Assembly (NCBI GenBank): GCA_963664225.1
Contig: OY760937.1
Location: 5,632,001-5,696,000 of the forward strand
Source of the DNA: Verrucomicrobiia bacterium
GTDB lineage: Bacteria > Verrucomicrobiota > Verrucomicrobiia > Limisphaerales > UBA1319
Reading direction: 5' to 3'
Length of the DNA: 64,000 bases
The notes under the pieces are model-generated. The model did not search any database and was not told where the DNA came from. It saw nothing but the letters and a program-made list of their open reading frames with translations. Within the stretch, counting starts at the first letter, position 1; each line of letters starts with the position of its first letter. Position numbers and translations under genes: made by a program. Shown piece after piece: positions 48,631 through 58,687 of this stretch.

Positions 48631-49566
48631 ATGGCTGACGCGGCATCCATAGTTCCAACAAGCAGCGAAGGAATGTTGGCGGTCATCCGCCAGGCTGCAA
48701 GCCAGTTGGAGCCGGATATTCACGACAGTCTCGAGGCCTTTTTGATGAGCCAGTGGACTGCGGCGGGCGGTGCTCGAAATCGCGCCGGCACTGCGGATCT
48801 CTATTACACGGTCTTTCTATTGGAATGTTGCCTCGGGATGGACCTGGCTATTCCGCAGCGACAAGTTCTCGAGTTTTTGAATGGATTTGGAACTGGTCAA
48901 TCCCTTGATTTTGTTCATCGGGCCTGTCTGGCGCGTTGCCGCGGAGTTCTTCCTGAAACCCAATCAGCATCGAACATAAACACTGTAATACTGCGAGGCC
49001 TTGAAGAATTCCGGCTTCCGGATGGCGGCTATAACCAGAATGCGTTGGATCCCGAACGCTGTGAGGATGGGCCGCTTTCGGGCGCGCTGTATGACGGTTT
49101 TCTCGCATTAATGGCTTGGGACGCATTAGGGGGTGTGTTGCCGCGTTCAGAGGAGTTTCTTCAATGGTTGAAAACGATCCAACCCTCTGGAGGTGGTTAC
49201 GGCAACGATGCGGGATTTCAAGCGCCTACCACGCCCGTCACGGCAGGCGCCGTGATGCTTATGGCGCGTCATGGTTTTCCAATACCCAATACAGTGGGCG
49301 ATTGGTTGATGGATCAGCATCAGAGCTTGGGAGGCTTTTTGGCAGCACCCATGGCACCCATGCCGGACTTGCTTTCCACAGCCACAGCATTGCACGCCCT
49401 GCATGTGTTAAAGCGTCCAATGGGAGAAGCAGGTTCAAAGTGTCTGGAGTTTGTCGAGTCCCTATGGGCGGAGGCCGGTGGTTTTCGAGGGTATCTGGAA
49501 GATGACCAGGCGGACGTGGAATATACCTATTACGGTTTGCTCGCTTTGGGTCATTTGGCACGGTAA
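48631..49566 (+). CDS. Prenyltransferase/squalene-oxidase-repeat protein (single alpha-barrel)
   Basis: Repeats ADLYYT, DGGY, GGGYG, GGF..PDLLSTATAL, GGF..ADVEYTYYGLLALG. Confidence 0.8.
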   Translation: MADAASIVPTSSEGMLAVIRQAASQLEPDIHDSLEAFLMSQWTAAGGARNRAGTADLYYTVFLLECCLGMDLAIPQRQVLEFLNGFGTGQSLDFVHRACLARCRGVLPETQSASNINTVILRGLEEFRLPDGGYNQNALDPERCEDGPLSGALYDGFLALMAWDALGGVLPRSEEFLQWLKTIQPSGGGYGNDAGFQAPTTPVTAGAVMLMARHGFPIPNTVGDWLMDQHQSLGGFLAAPMAPMPDLLSTATALHALHVLKRPMGEAGSKCLEFVESLWAEAGGFRGYLEDDQADVEYTYYGLLALGHLAR

Positions 49567-49571
49567 TCGAC

Positions 49572-51494
49572 ATGAATTCAGGTTTAAGGATTCGTATTGA
49601 CAAGAGTTTGAAGCTGGTTCAGGGACAATTGCTTGAACAATTGCAGCCTGGGCGGGGCTGGGAGGGATATCTCTCCAGCAGTGCTTTATCGACGGCGGTA
49701 GCAGTTTTGGCACTCGCACATACCAACGCCGACGCTCATCAACGCTGGATTGCCGATGGTTTGGGTTGGCTGGCCGCCAATGCAAATGAAGATGGAGCTT
49801 GGGGTGATGCGCCGGGAAGTCCAAGCAACATGAGCACCACCTTGCTCTGCTGGTCCGCCATGGTTTGGTCACGTGATGGAAAGCATTTGTCGGCGGTGGA
49901 ACGGGCAGAGGAGTGGCTGCGTGTGAACTTGGGCGCGTTGGATGGAGACCACATTGCGGATGCAATTCTCCATTTTTACGGAAATGACCGCACTTTTTCG
50001 GCGCCGATTCTTACGGTGTGCGCTTTATCCGGAAGGCTTGGAAAGGGTTTGGAAGCATGGAGGCTGGTTCCGCAACTTCCCTTTGAGCTGGCCATTTTCC
50101 CATATCAGCTTTTCAGATGGCTCCATCTGTCCGTGGTCAGCTATGCCATTCCGGCATTGATTGCAATTGGCCTGGTCCGTCACCATCATGGCGGTTCCGG
50201 GTTCTCACCGCGTCGGATGTTTCGGGAACGCATCAAGAACAGAACGCTTGAGATTCTGGCGTCCATGCAGCCCCAATCGGGCGGTTATCTGGAGGCCACG
50301 CCACTGACGGGCTTTGTTGCACTGGGCTTGGCCAACTCAGGCTATTCCGGGCATCGAGTCACCAAGAAATGCGTGGAATTTTTGATCGCCTCAGCAAGGG
50401 AGGACGGCAGTTGGCCCATCGATACGAACCTGGCAACATGGGTGACGACTCAAGCTGTTAATCAAATTTCTGAGAAGGAAAATCCTTTATCTCGCGCGCA
50501 ATGTGATGGATTGCGCCAATGGCTTCTTGACCAGCAATACACCGTAGAGCATCCGTTCACGCATGCTCCTCCCGGTGGCTGGGCATGGACTGATTTGTCC
50601 GGCGGAGTGCCCGACGCGGACGACACCGCAGGGGCACTTCTGGCGTTGTTCCGTCTTGGCCCGGTGGATCAGCGCACACAAAAGGCTGCCAAGGCAGGTT
50701 TGCAGTGGCTTCTCGATTTACAAAATGGCGATGGGGGCATTCCCACCTTTTGCCGTGGATGGGGGAAGCTGCCGTTTGACCGTAGTTGCCCGGATATCAC
50801 GGCGCATGCGATGCGGGCATTCTGGGATTGGCGCAATTCGGTGGACGGTCCCCTGAAGAAACGCCTGGAAACAGCATTGGAGAAGGGACTTTCCTATCTC
50901 AAGAAATCCCAAACCGCGTCTGGTTCCTGGCTGCCGTTGTGGTTTGGAAACCAGGAGTCCAAGGGACATTCCAATCCGACTTATGGCACCTCTGCTGTGG
51001 TGATGTCGTTATGCGCCGTTGCGGCAGATCACCATGAGAAAGTAATGAATGCGCTGGAAAAGGGGTGTCAATGGCTGGTCTCCGCGCAAAATGCCGACGG
51101 GGGGTGGGGTGGGGATATTGGAGTCCGCTCAACAATCGAGGAGACTGCGCTGGCGGTTAGCGCGCTGGCCGAAGCAGGCATGGATTATGAAAGGTCCTAT
51201 CTCGCAGGAATTGAATGGCTCCTCAATCGCAGCCGGGAATGCACACAATGGCACCCGGCGCCAATCGGGCTTTATTTCGCATCGCTATGGTATTCCGAGC
51301 GGTTGTATCCGCAGGTATTCACAATGGGAGCGCTGACGCGAGCGGCCAAATGGATGAGCGAGGAAACGGGTCGTCTGCAGAAGGAAAGAATTAGCGGGTT
51401 TGATGGAGTGGCGCCAGTTCCGTGCAACGAAGGGCCCGAAGGAAATTCGGGTGGAAGCGCGGACAGACAAAAAGGCTCTCACCGCCGAGCCTGA
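49572..51494 (+). CDS. Squalene-hopene cyclase-like class II terpene cyclase
   Basis: PDADDTAGAL (DXDD) and QW-type motifs EDGAWG, EDGSWP, QNGDGG, QTASGSW, QNADGGWG. Confidence 0.88.
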   Translation: MNSGLRIRIDKSLKLVQGQLLEQLQPGRGWEGYLSSSALSTAVAVLALAHTNADAHQRWIADGLGWLAANANEDGAWGDAPGSPSNMSTTLLCWSAMVWSRDGKHLSAVERAEEWLRVNLGALDGDHIADAILHFYGNDRTFSAPILTVCALSGRLGKGLEAWRLVPQLPFELAIFPYQLFRWLHLSVVSYAIPALIAIGLVRHHHGGSGFSPRRMFRERIKNRTLEILASMQPQSGGYLEATPLTGFVALGLANSGYSGHRVTKKCVEFLIASAREDGSWPIDTNLATWVTTQAVNQISEKENPLSRAQCDGLRQWLLDQQYTVEHPFTHAPPGGWAWTDLSGGVPDADDTAGALLALFRLGPVDQRTQKAAKAGLQWLLDLQNGDGGIPTFCRGWGKLPFDRSCPDITAHAMRAFWDWRNSVDGPLKKRLETALEKGLSYLKKSQTASGSWLPLWFGNQESKGHSNPTYGTSAVVMSLCAVAADHHEKVMNALEKGCQWLVSAQNADGGWGGDIGVRSTIEETALAVSALAEAGMDYERSYLAGIEWLLNRSRECTQWHPAPIGLYFASLWYSERLYPQVFTMGALTRAAKWMSEETGRLQKERISGFDGVAPVPCNEGPEGNSGGSADRQKGSHRRA

Positions 51495-51699
51495 GCGTGA
51501 AGAACGACATGGCTAAGACAAATAACCTAATCTGCCTGTTAAGTTAACTATAATAACCTGTCAAACGCCTTCGACACAGTTTGAGAGCCAACGGCTATAG
51601 TCTGGCAAATATTGCAAATATTGGCAATGCGAAAACATGAATTTGTTCATTTTGATTTTTCCATCGTCACCGAGGCCCCGGTTTAGTTAGATAAAGGGG

Positions 51700-52449
51700 A
51701 TGTTATCAGAAAAGCCATGGCAACCCGAGGCCGTGTGGAGGATGGTGATGGCTAATTTTGCCACGCTGTTTCTGGGAATGCTGGCCGCCAGCATTCTTAC
51801 GCGCCTGCTTGGTGGCTGGAACCGGAGTGATTTGGAGATGGTCCATTTTTCTTTAGTGGCCGCAAGTTTTCAAGGGGCGACGTTTGTTTTGGCAGCATTG
51901 TTGTGCCGTTCGCAGAAGGTGACATGGAATGAAGCTTTTGGAATTTCAAACCGGCCACTGCGCGCGCTGAGCATTGCCAGTGTTGTGGCGGTTGGCACTT
52001 TGATTGGGGCGATGATTTTAGGCGCCGTCGCCTCGGCGGTCATGCTGCAACTGGGGATGAAACCAGAAGCCCAACAAGCTGTGCAGATGTTGCAGTCGAC
52101 GGAATCGATCTGGCGGCGGGCATTTTATGGCCTGGTGGCCATTCTGATCGCGCCGGCTGCGGAGGAAATTCTCTTTCGGGGTCTGGTGTATCCCTCGATC
52201 AAACAGATGGGATTCCCAAGGCTGGCGTTATGGGGCACTTCTCTGATTTTTGCGGCAACACATGTCAATGCCATGGCACTTCTTCCTCTGACATTTGTGG
52301 CGCTCATGTTTACACTGTTGTATGAAAAAACGAACAATCTGCTCGCGCCGATTCTGGCCCATTCGATGTTCAACGCGGTCAATTTTGCAATTCTGATTTT
52401 TCAGAAGGATCTTACCAGTATCTGGGATTCGCTCTATGAACGAATTTGA
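51700..52449 (+). CDS. CPBP/Abi family intramembrane glutamic protease
   Basis: EEILFRG, FAATH, HSMFN; multiple TM helices. Confidence 0.9.
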   Translation: MLSEKPWQPEAVWRMVMANFATLFLGMLAASILTRLLGGWNRSDLEMVHFSLVAASFQGATFVLAALLCRSQKVTWNEAFGISNRPLRALSIASVVAVGTLIGAMILGAVASAVMLQLGMKPEAQQAVQMLQSTESIWRRAFYGLVAILIAPAAEEILFRGLVYPSIKQMGFPRLALWGTSLIFAATHVNAMALLPLTFVALMFTLLYEKTNNLLAPILAHSMFNAVNFAILIFQKDLTSIWDSLYERI

Positions 52450-53350
52450 TCTGATCAGGCTTCTGACGGCTGGCTTGCCCTCCAACGATACCACCATTTT
52501 GGGGGCTGGGGATGATTGTGCGGTTCTTGATCTGGGATTATCGGACCGCTGGCTGCTTTTTAAAACGGACGCCGTGGTTGAAGGAATTCATTATACTTCG
52601 GATGCCAAGCCGGAAGAAGTGGGCCACAAGGCATTGGCCAGGTGCCTGAGCGATGTCGCCGCCATGGCGGGCAAACCGGTGGCTGCGCTGGTTACGCTGG
52701 GCCTTCCGCAGGAGTATGATCCAAAATGGGCGCTGGCGGTTTACGCCGGCATGAGCGAATTGGCGCGACGCTATCGCGTGGCCATTGTGGGCGGCGAAAC
52801 CACAACGGTCCCTGAGCGCACATTGCTGTCTGTGGCGCTTTTGGGAACGGTGGACAAGAATAAATGCCTAAAGAGGTCGGGCGCCCTGGCGGGAGACGCC
52901 ATCTTTGTAACCGGCGAACTGGGCGGTTCCATTCAAGGAAAGCACCTTGACTTTGAGCCGCGCATGGAACAGGCACAGTGGCTGGCAACTCACTTTTCGA
53001 TCCACGCGATGATCGATGTCAGCGATGGTTTGGCGGGGGATTTGCGCCATATCACAAATTCCAGCGGTGTGGGCGCCGAACTCCTTGCGAGTGCGATTCC
53101 CGTGAGCGATGCGGCTCGCAAGGGGGGCAAGCCCCCAATGCAGGCGGCTCTTGAGGATGGCGAGGATTTTGAATTGTTGTTTACCGTTCCAGCGCGTGAG
53201 GCGGTTGCTTTGCTGGACGCCTGGAAATTGGAGTTCCCCGGATTGAAGCTTTCATGCATCGGGAAAATCACAAAGAATCCCGGCTTCATTCTGCATGAAG
53301 GGAACCGGACAAGGGACATTCTGGAGCATGGTTACACTCATTTCGCATAG
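52436..53350 (+). CDS. thiL: Thiamine-monophosphate kinase
   Basis: NEFDLI, GDDCA, LSDVAAM, VGGET, IDVSDGL, GEDFELLFT. Confidence 0.93.
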   Translation: MNEFDLIRLLTAGLPSNDTTILGAGDDCAVLDLGLSDRWLLFKTDAVVEGIHYTSDAKPEEVGHKALARCLSDVAAMAGKPVAALVTLGLPQEYDPKWALAVYAGMSELARRYRVAIVGGETTTVPERTLLSVALLGTVDKNKCLKRSGALAGDAIFVTGELGGSIQGKHLDFEPRMEQAQWLATHFSIHAMIDVSDGLAGDLRHITNSSGVGAELLASAIPVSDAARKGGKPPMQAALEDGEDFELLFTVPAREAVALLDAWKLEFPGLKLSCIGKITKNPGFILHEGNRTRDILEHGYTHFA

Positions 53351-53771
53351 TCCGGAGGAGACCGGGCAATTGGGGGAAAGTTGGGGACGAGTCGCCGCCG
53401 CAGGCTGGCTCATTGGTTTGACCGGAGACCTTGGCGCCGGAAAGACCCAATTTGTAAAAGGGTTCGCGCGGGGACTTGACGTGACCGAACGGGTGCATTC
53501 GCCAACATTCGCACTCGCCATTGAGTATCACGGCGGTCGGCTGCCATTGTTTCATCTGGACCTGTATCGTTTGGAAAACGCACAGGAAGTCTTTAGCGCG
53601 GGATTGGAGGAATATTTTCATCAACGCAATGGGGTGACCATCGTGGAATGGGCGGAACGCGCTCCAGTCCACGGCGAAAGTGTCCACACCGGCATGCGTT
53701 ACCGGCGGGTCTTGATCGAGAGCATTGGAGAAAATGACAGGAAAATCAGCTATGAAGATTTTGGCGATTGA
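53328..53771 (+). CDS. tsaE: tRNA t6A biosynthesis ATPase
   Basis: GDLGAGKT, SPTF, HLDLYRL, VEWAE. Confidence 0.93.
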   Translation: MVTLISHSPEETGQLGESWGRVAAAGWLIGLTGDLGAGKTQFVKGFARGLDVTERVHSPTFALAIEYHGGRLPLFHLDLYRLENAQEVFSAGLEEYFHQRNGVTIVEWAERAPVHGESVHTGMRYRRVLIESIGENDRKISYEDFGD

Positions 53772-54435
53772 ATTTTCAAGCGTTCAACGAAGCGTCGCCC
53801 TTTTGGAAGTGTTGCCGACGAGTCAAGTCAGGGCAGGTGATCTGAATGTGGCGGCTTGCATCACGGAAACTGGTTTGGGCAAAACCAGGGCGATGCCGAT
53901 GATTGAAAACGCCTTAAATCAGGCGGCCTGGGAAAGGCAGGAGATCGATACATTGGTTGTGGGCCTTGGTCCTGGATCCTATACGGGCATTCGCGCCGGT
54001 ATCTCCATTGCCCAAGGCTGGCAATTGGGGCGCTGCGTCAACATCCAGGGTGTTAGCAGCATGGAATGCCTGGCGGCGCGTGCCCATGCCGCCGGATGGC
54101 GTGAGCAGACGCATTTCGTTCTGGACGCCCAGAGAGGTGAATTTTACATGGCCGCCTATGATTTTGACGCACAGACGGCAAAATGTTGCGAGCACCTGGA
54201 ATTAGTTTCACGAGAAAAGGTGCAGGCGGTTCTCGATAAAGGCGGACGTGCGGCTGGGCCTGAAATCTCGAGATGGTTTCCTGGCGGATTTGAATTGTAT
54301 CCCGATGCGGTCACTCTCGGATTGATGGCAGCCCGGGAGCAAAAGTATATTCCCGGGGAACAACTGGAACCGATCTATCTACGCGCAACCACGTTCGTCA
54401 AGGCACCCACTCCCCGGCATATTTCCACCGATTAG
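53752..54435 (+). CDS. tsaB: tRNA t6A biosynthesis protein
   Basis: MKILAIE, GPGSYTGIR, DAQRGE.Y, EPIYLR. Confidence 0.92.
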   Translation: MKILAIEFSSVQRSVALLEVLPTSQVRAGDLNVAACITETGLGKTRAMPMIENALNQAAWERQEIDTLVVGLGPGSYTGIRAGISIAQGWQLGRCVNIQGVSSMECLAARAHAAGWREQTHFVLDAQRGEFYMAAYDFDAQTAKCCEHLELVSREKVQAVLDKGGRAAGPEISRWFPGGFELYPDAVTLGLMAAREQKYIPGEQLEPIYLRATTFVKAPTPRHISTD

Positions 54436-54459
54436 CAGGGGCTAAATCCTCTTCGACAG

Positions 54460-54502
54460 AAAAAGAAAACCCGCCCAATCGTCAGGCGACAGGCGGGTTC
54501 TG
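54460..54502. terminator. Probable terminator between convergent tsaB and clpC
   Basis: AACCCGCC...GGCGGGTT stem with flanking A-run. Confidence 0.6.
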
Positions 54503-54525
54503 TTTCAAAGTATTTGGAGCCGGGC

Positions 54526-57030
54526 TTAAGAAGCCGAGGCTCCCGTCAACGCTCCTGCGGAAGGGGCGTTTTGCGAAAAACTCAACTTGTCTTTCTCGAG
54601 TGAAACAATAACGGGTTCGGTGCCGTGCAGTTTGCCTTTGAGAATCTCCTCCGCGAGCGGATCTTCGAGGTAGCGTTCCACCGCACGGCGCATTGGACGC
54701 GCGCCATAAGCGGGATCGTAGCCTTTTTCGATGATGAAGTCCCTGGCCATTTCCTCCAGCTTTAGTTTGATGTTTTTTGTCTTTAGACGCACTTCGAGCT
54801 TTGCGACTTCCAAATCCAGAATCTCAATCAGATCCGGCTTGGTCAGCGAGCGGAATACAATGACATCATCCAGACGATTCAAGAACTCGGGCTTGAACGT
54901 TTTCCTGGCTTCTTCCATCAGCCGTTCCTTCATCTTATCGTAGGACGAAGTTTCTGTAGTCGTGGTGAAGCCGATCGCACCCTGCTTCTTAATGGTCTCG
55001 GCGCCGACATTTGAAGTCAGCAAAATGACGGTGTTCCGGAAATCCACCGCGCGTCCCATGCTGTCGGTCAACTTGCCTTCTTCCAATATCTGCAATAACA
55101 CGTTCCAGACATCGGGATGGGCTTTTTCGACTTCGTCGAACAGGACTACGGCGTACGGTTTACGCCTGACCTGTTCAGTGAGTTGTCCGCCATCTTCAAA
55201 ACCGACATAGCCCGGAGGAGAACCAATCAGCCGTGATACGGTGAATTTTTCCATGTATTCGCTCATATCGAGCTGAATGAGGCACTTGGCGTCACCAAAC
55301 ATTGTCTCGGCCAGAGTCTTGGCCAGCAGGGTTTTCCCCACACCGGTCGGACCAAGCAGCATGAATGTGCCGATTGGCCGCTTCGGGTCTTTCAAATCAG
55401 CGCGAGAACGGCGCAAGGCTTTACTCATGGCGGTGACCGCATCGGCCTGTCCAACCACGGTGCGGGTCATGTCCTTCTCCATGTTCAACAGCTTTTGGGA
55501 CTCGTCCTGTTCCATGCGCCGCAAAGGAATGCCGGTCCATTTGGCGACCACTTGCAAAATGTCGTCTTCGTCAATGACCACGCGCTTCTCATCGCGGCTC
55601 GTGCGCCATGCGGACAGGATGGATTCCAAGTTCTCCTTGGCGTGCTTTTCCTCGTCGCGCATGGAAGCGGCCCCCTCAAAATCCTGTTCCTTGATGGCGC
55701 GTTCCTTGCGGGCCTTGATGGCCTCGATCTCGGATTCTATGTGTTTGACATCCGGGGGGCGGGTCATGGACTTAATACGACCACGGGACCCCGCTTCGTC
55801 CATCACGTCGATGGCTTTATCGGGCAGGAAGCGCCCGCTTATGTAGCGATCGGACAATTTGACGGCGGCATCGATCGCGCCATCCGTGATCTCGGCCTTG
55901 TGGTGCTCTTCATATTTTGGGCGCAAACCTTTGAGGATTTGCACCGCCTCATCAATCGAGGGAGCTTCGACCTTGACCGTTTGAAAACGCCGTTCCAATG
56001 CCGCATCCTTTTCGATGTATTTGCGGTACTCGTTGAGGGTGGTGGCTCCAATGCATTGCATCTCGCCACGGCTCAGGGCGGGCTTGATGATGTTCGAGGC
56101 ATCCATCGTGCCTTCGGCCGAACCAGCTCCAACGATGGTGTGCAGTTCGTCGATGAAAAGCAGGACGTTCTTGGCTCGCCGGATTTCATCCATGACCGCC
56201 TTGATGCGTTCCTCAAATTGGCCGCGATATTTGGTGCCGGCCACCATCAGCGCCAGGTCCAGAGTGATCACCCGCTTGTCGCGAAGGAGTTCGGGGACAT
56301 TTCCATGGGCAATCTCCTGCGCCAATCCTTCGACTATGGCCGTCTTGCCCACACCGGCCTCACCGAGGAGAACAGGGTTGTTCTTGGTGCGGCGGCAAAG
56401 AATCTGAATCACCCGTTCGATCTCATTCTGACGGCCGATGACCGGGTCCATCTCGCCTTTACGGGCGATTTCGGTCAGGTCGCGTCCGAAGGCCTTCAAT
56501 GCCGGTGTTTTTACATCGCCTTTCTTGTCTGGAACTTTTTCCGATCCTTCAGGTTGAGGCTGTTCCTCGCCGGCGGAATAATTCGGATCAAGCTCCTTGA
56601 GCACTTCCTGACGGGCCTGCTCAATATCAATATCCAAGTCTTTCAGGACTCGGGCAGCAACGCCGTCCCCTTCCCGGAGAAGACCCAGAAGAATGTGCTC
56701 GGTGCCCACGTAAGTATGATTCAACGCTTTGGCCTCTTTGGCCGCAAGCGAGAGAACCTTTTTGACCCTGGGAGTGTAGGGGATATTGCCAATGACTTTT
56801 TGATCAGGCCCGGTGCCCACCTTCTTCTCCACTTCCAACCGCACGGTCTCCATGTCGAGACCGAGGCGCTGGAGGACATTGACTGCGACTCCCTGGCCCA
56901 ATTTTATCAGCCCAAGCAACAAATGTTCAGTGCCCAGAAAATTATGGTTCAACCGGTCAGCTTCCTTGCGGGCCAAAGCCAGCACCTGCTGTGCGCGCGG
57001 TGTGAAATTATTTAAAGACTCATCACTCAT
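54526..57030 (-). CDS. clpC: ATP-dependent Clp protease ATP-binding subunit ClpC
   Basis: Two Clp-N repeats, GEAGVGKT and GPTGVGKT Walker A, UVR-type middle domain, IGF ClpP-binding loop; downstream of mcsAB. Confidence 0.95.
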   Translation of the reverse strand: MSDESLNNFTPRAQQVLALARKEADRLNHNFLGTEHLLLGLIKLGQGVAVNVLQRLGLDMETVRLEVEKKVGTGPDQKVIGNIPYTPRVKKVLSLAAKEAKALNHTYVGTEHILLGLLREGDGVAARVLKDLDIDIEQARQEVLKELDPNYSAGEEQPQPEGSEKVPDKKGDVKTPALKAFGRDLTEIARKGEMDPVIGRQNEIERVIQILCRRTKNNPVLLGEAGVGKTAIVEGLAQEIAHGNVPELLRDKRVITLDLALMVAGTKYRGQFEERIKAVMDEIRRAKNVLLFIDELHTIVGAGSAEGTMDASNIIKPALSRGEMQCIGATTLNEYRKYIEKDAALERRFQTVKVEAPSIDEAVQILKGLRPKYEEHHKAEITDGAIDAAVKLSDRYISGRFLPDKAIDVMDEAGSRGRIKSMTRPPDVKHIESEIEAIKARKERAIKEQDFEGAASMRDEEKHAKENLESILSAWRTSRDEKRVVIDEDDILQVVAKWTGIPLRRMEQDESQKLLNMEKDMTRTVVGQADAVTAMSKALRRSRADLKDPKRPIGTFMLLGPTGVGKTLLAKTLAETMFGDAKCLIQLDMSEYMEKFTVSRLIGSPPGYVGFEDGGQLTEQVRRKPYAVVLFDEVEKAHPDVWNVLLQILEEGKLTDSMGRAVDFRNTVILLTSNVGAETIKKQGAIGFTTTTETSSYDKMKERLMEEARKTFKPEFLNRLDDVIVFRSLTKPDLIEILDLEVAKLEVRLKTKNIKLKLEEMARDFIIEKGYDPAYGARPMRRAVERYLEDPLAEEILKGKLHGTEPVIVSLEKDKLSFSQNAPSAGALTGASAS

Positions 57031-57046
57031 ACTCAACTTTACAGTG

Positions 57047-58162
57047 CTACGTCCTTGACGGTTTGTCCAGTGATGTTCCATCCTGGCCGGACGATTTAAA
57101 TTGCGGACGCTTTACCAGGTTCAACCTGTCCCGCATCATGTCGGCCCGGATCACATCCCGCTCTTCAGCGGTCATTTTTTCCGAAACGCTCTTTTGGAGG
57201 TGAGCGGGTTGAGTGACAATGAACAACTCGTCCATCAAGAAGCTTTCAACACCTGGAAAAAGGCCCAAATCCAGGCCCAACCTCATGAGAGAAAGCAAAT
57301 TCATTGTTTCTTTTGAGGAAATGCTGTGAGCGTTGGCCAGGATTCCATAGGCGCGGCCGATATGGTTAAGGACCATCTTGTCCTTCTTTTCCATCAAGGA
57401 GGCGCGGGCGTTTTCCTCGTGCTCGATCAATTGGGCCAGGACCTTGTTAAGGCGCTCCACGATCTCGTTTTCGCTTTCGCCCAAGGTCATCTGGTTGGAG
57501 ACCTGAAAGACATTGCCCAAGGCTTCGGTGCCTTCTCCGTAAAGGCCTCGAACCGCAAATCCGAGCTTGTTGACCGCCTGAATGATCTGATTGATCTGCT
57601 CGGACAGCACCAAGCCGGGCAGGTGCAGCATCGCGCTAACGCGAATGCCCGTGCCTACGTTGGTGGGGCAGGCCGTAAGATAACCCAGAGGGGGCACAAA
57701 TGCGTAATCAAGAGATTTCTCAAGCGAGGAATCGACTTGATCGATGGTCGCCCAGACCTGGCGGATTTGCAGACCGGGGCTGATGGCCTGCATTCGCAAG
57801 TGATCCTCCTCGTTGATCATCACGCAGATGGACTCGTCTTTGCTGATGACCACGCCACTGCCGACGCTTTTGGCGGCATGTTCGCGGCTGATCAGATGGC
57901 GTTCCACCAGAATCTGTTTGTCCAGTGCCTTGAGATCGTCCATGGAGGTCGAGAATGCGTTTTGCATCTGCGGCAGACTTTCCACAGCCGTTTTAATGAG
58001 TTCGAGGGATTGGATTCGATCGTTTTTCTTGGCCCATCCTGGAAAGGGAAGATCCCTGAGATTTCGCGCCAGGCGCACCCGGCTCGAGAGCACGATACGG
58101 TGATTCGGGCCATTGCGTTTGCTGGCCTCAGCGGGCGAACTTAGAAATTCCTGCAATGTCAT
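57047..58162 (-). CDS. mcsB: Protein-arginine kinase
   Basis: SSRVRLARN, ERHLIS, NEEDHLR, TACPTNVGTG, RGLYGEG, QVSNQ. Confidence 0.95.
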   Translation of the reverse strand: MTLQEFLSSPAEASKRNGPNHRIVLSSRVRLARNLRDLPFPGWAKKNDRIQSLELIKTAVESLPQMQNAFSTSMDDLKALDKQILVERHLISREHAAKSVGSGVVISKDESICVMINEEDHLRMQAISPGLQIRQVWATIDQVDSSLEKSLDYAFVPPLGYLTACPTNVGTGIRVSAMLHLPGLVLSEQINQIIQAVNKLGFAVRGLYGEGTEALGNVFQVSNQMTLGESENEIVERLNKVLAQLIEHEENARASLMEKKDKMVLNHIGRAYGILANAHSISSKETMNLLSLMRLGLDLGLFPGVESFLMDELFIVTQPAHLQKSVSEKMTAEERDVIRADMMRDRLNLVKRPQFKSSGQDGTSLDKPSRT

Positions 58163-58166
58163 ACTA

Positions 58167-58682
58167 TTAACCGGCCACGTTCTGCGTCATTTGATCGCGC
58201 GTCTTTTTTATTTCGTCCCGCAAAAAGGCGGCTTCCTCGAAATTCTCGACTTTGATGGATTCCTGGAGTTGCTGCTGAAGCTTTCGCAGGCGCTCATTCA
58301 AATCCTGAACCTCGCGCAATCCGTGAGGCACTTTTCCAGTGTGTTTCAAGCCCTTGTGCATTGATTTGAGCAGTGGTTCGAGCGGTTCGGCAAAAACGGA
58401 GTAGCAGAAAGCGCAACCCAGCCGTCCGGTCTTCTTGAAATCCGCGATCGAAAACCCGCATTTGGGACATTTGGCCAGATCCGCTTCGTCTGAACGAGTC
58501 TCGGATTCCTGCGGGGTCGCTGCCAGCCCTTTGAGCAGCCCAACCAGGGAGAATCCGGTTGGATCGTCAACGCCTTTGGCCTTTGAACATTGTTCGCACA
58601 AATCGACAGTCTGCATCTTGCTATCGATAATTTGTGTCAAATGCACCGAGGCTTCGTTCTTTTTGCACACATCGCACAACAT
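58167..58682 (-). CDS. mcsA: McsB activator, zinc-finger/UVR protein
   Basis: Four CXXC motifs, GRLGC, C-terminal ENFEEAA.LRDEI. Confidence 0.93.
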   Translation of the reverse strand: MLCDVCKKNEASVHLTQIIDSKMQTVDLCEQCSKAKGVDDPTGFSLVGLLKGLAATPQESETRSDEADLAKCPKCGFSIADFKKTGRLGCAFCYSVFAEPLEPLLKSMHKGLKHTGKVPHGLREVQDLNERLRKLQQQLQESIKVENFEEAAFLRDEIKKTRDQMTQNVAG

Positions 58683-58687
58683 AACTA

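Noticed and set aside
49572..51494. Assigning the symbol shc/hpnF
   Set aside because: DXDD present but context lacks hpn genes and the sequence looks divergent; substrate unproven
55495..57015. 506-aa + strand ORF
   Set aside because: Antisense shadow of clpC with no recognisable motifs
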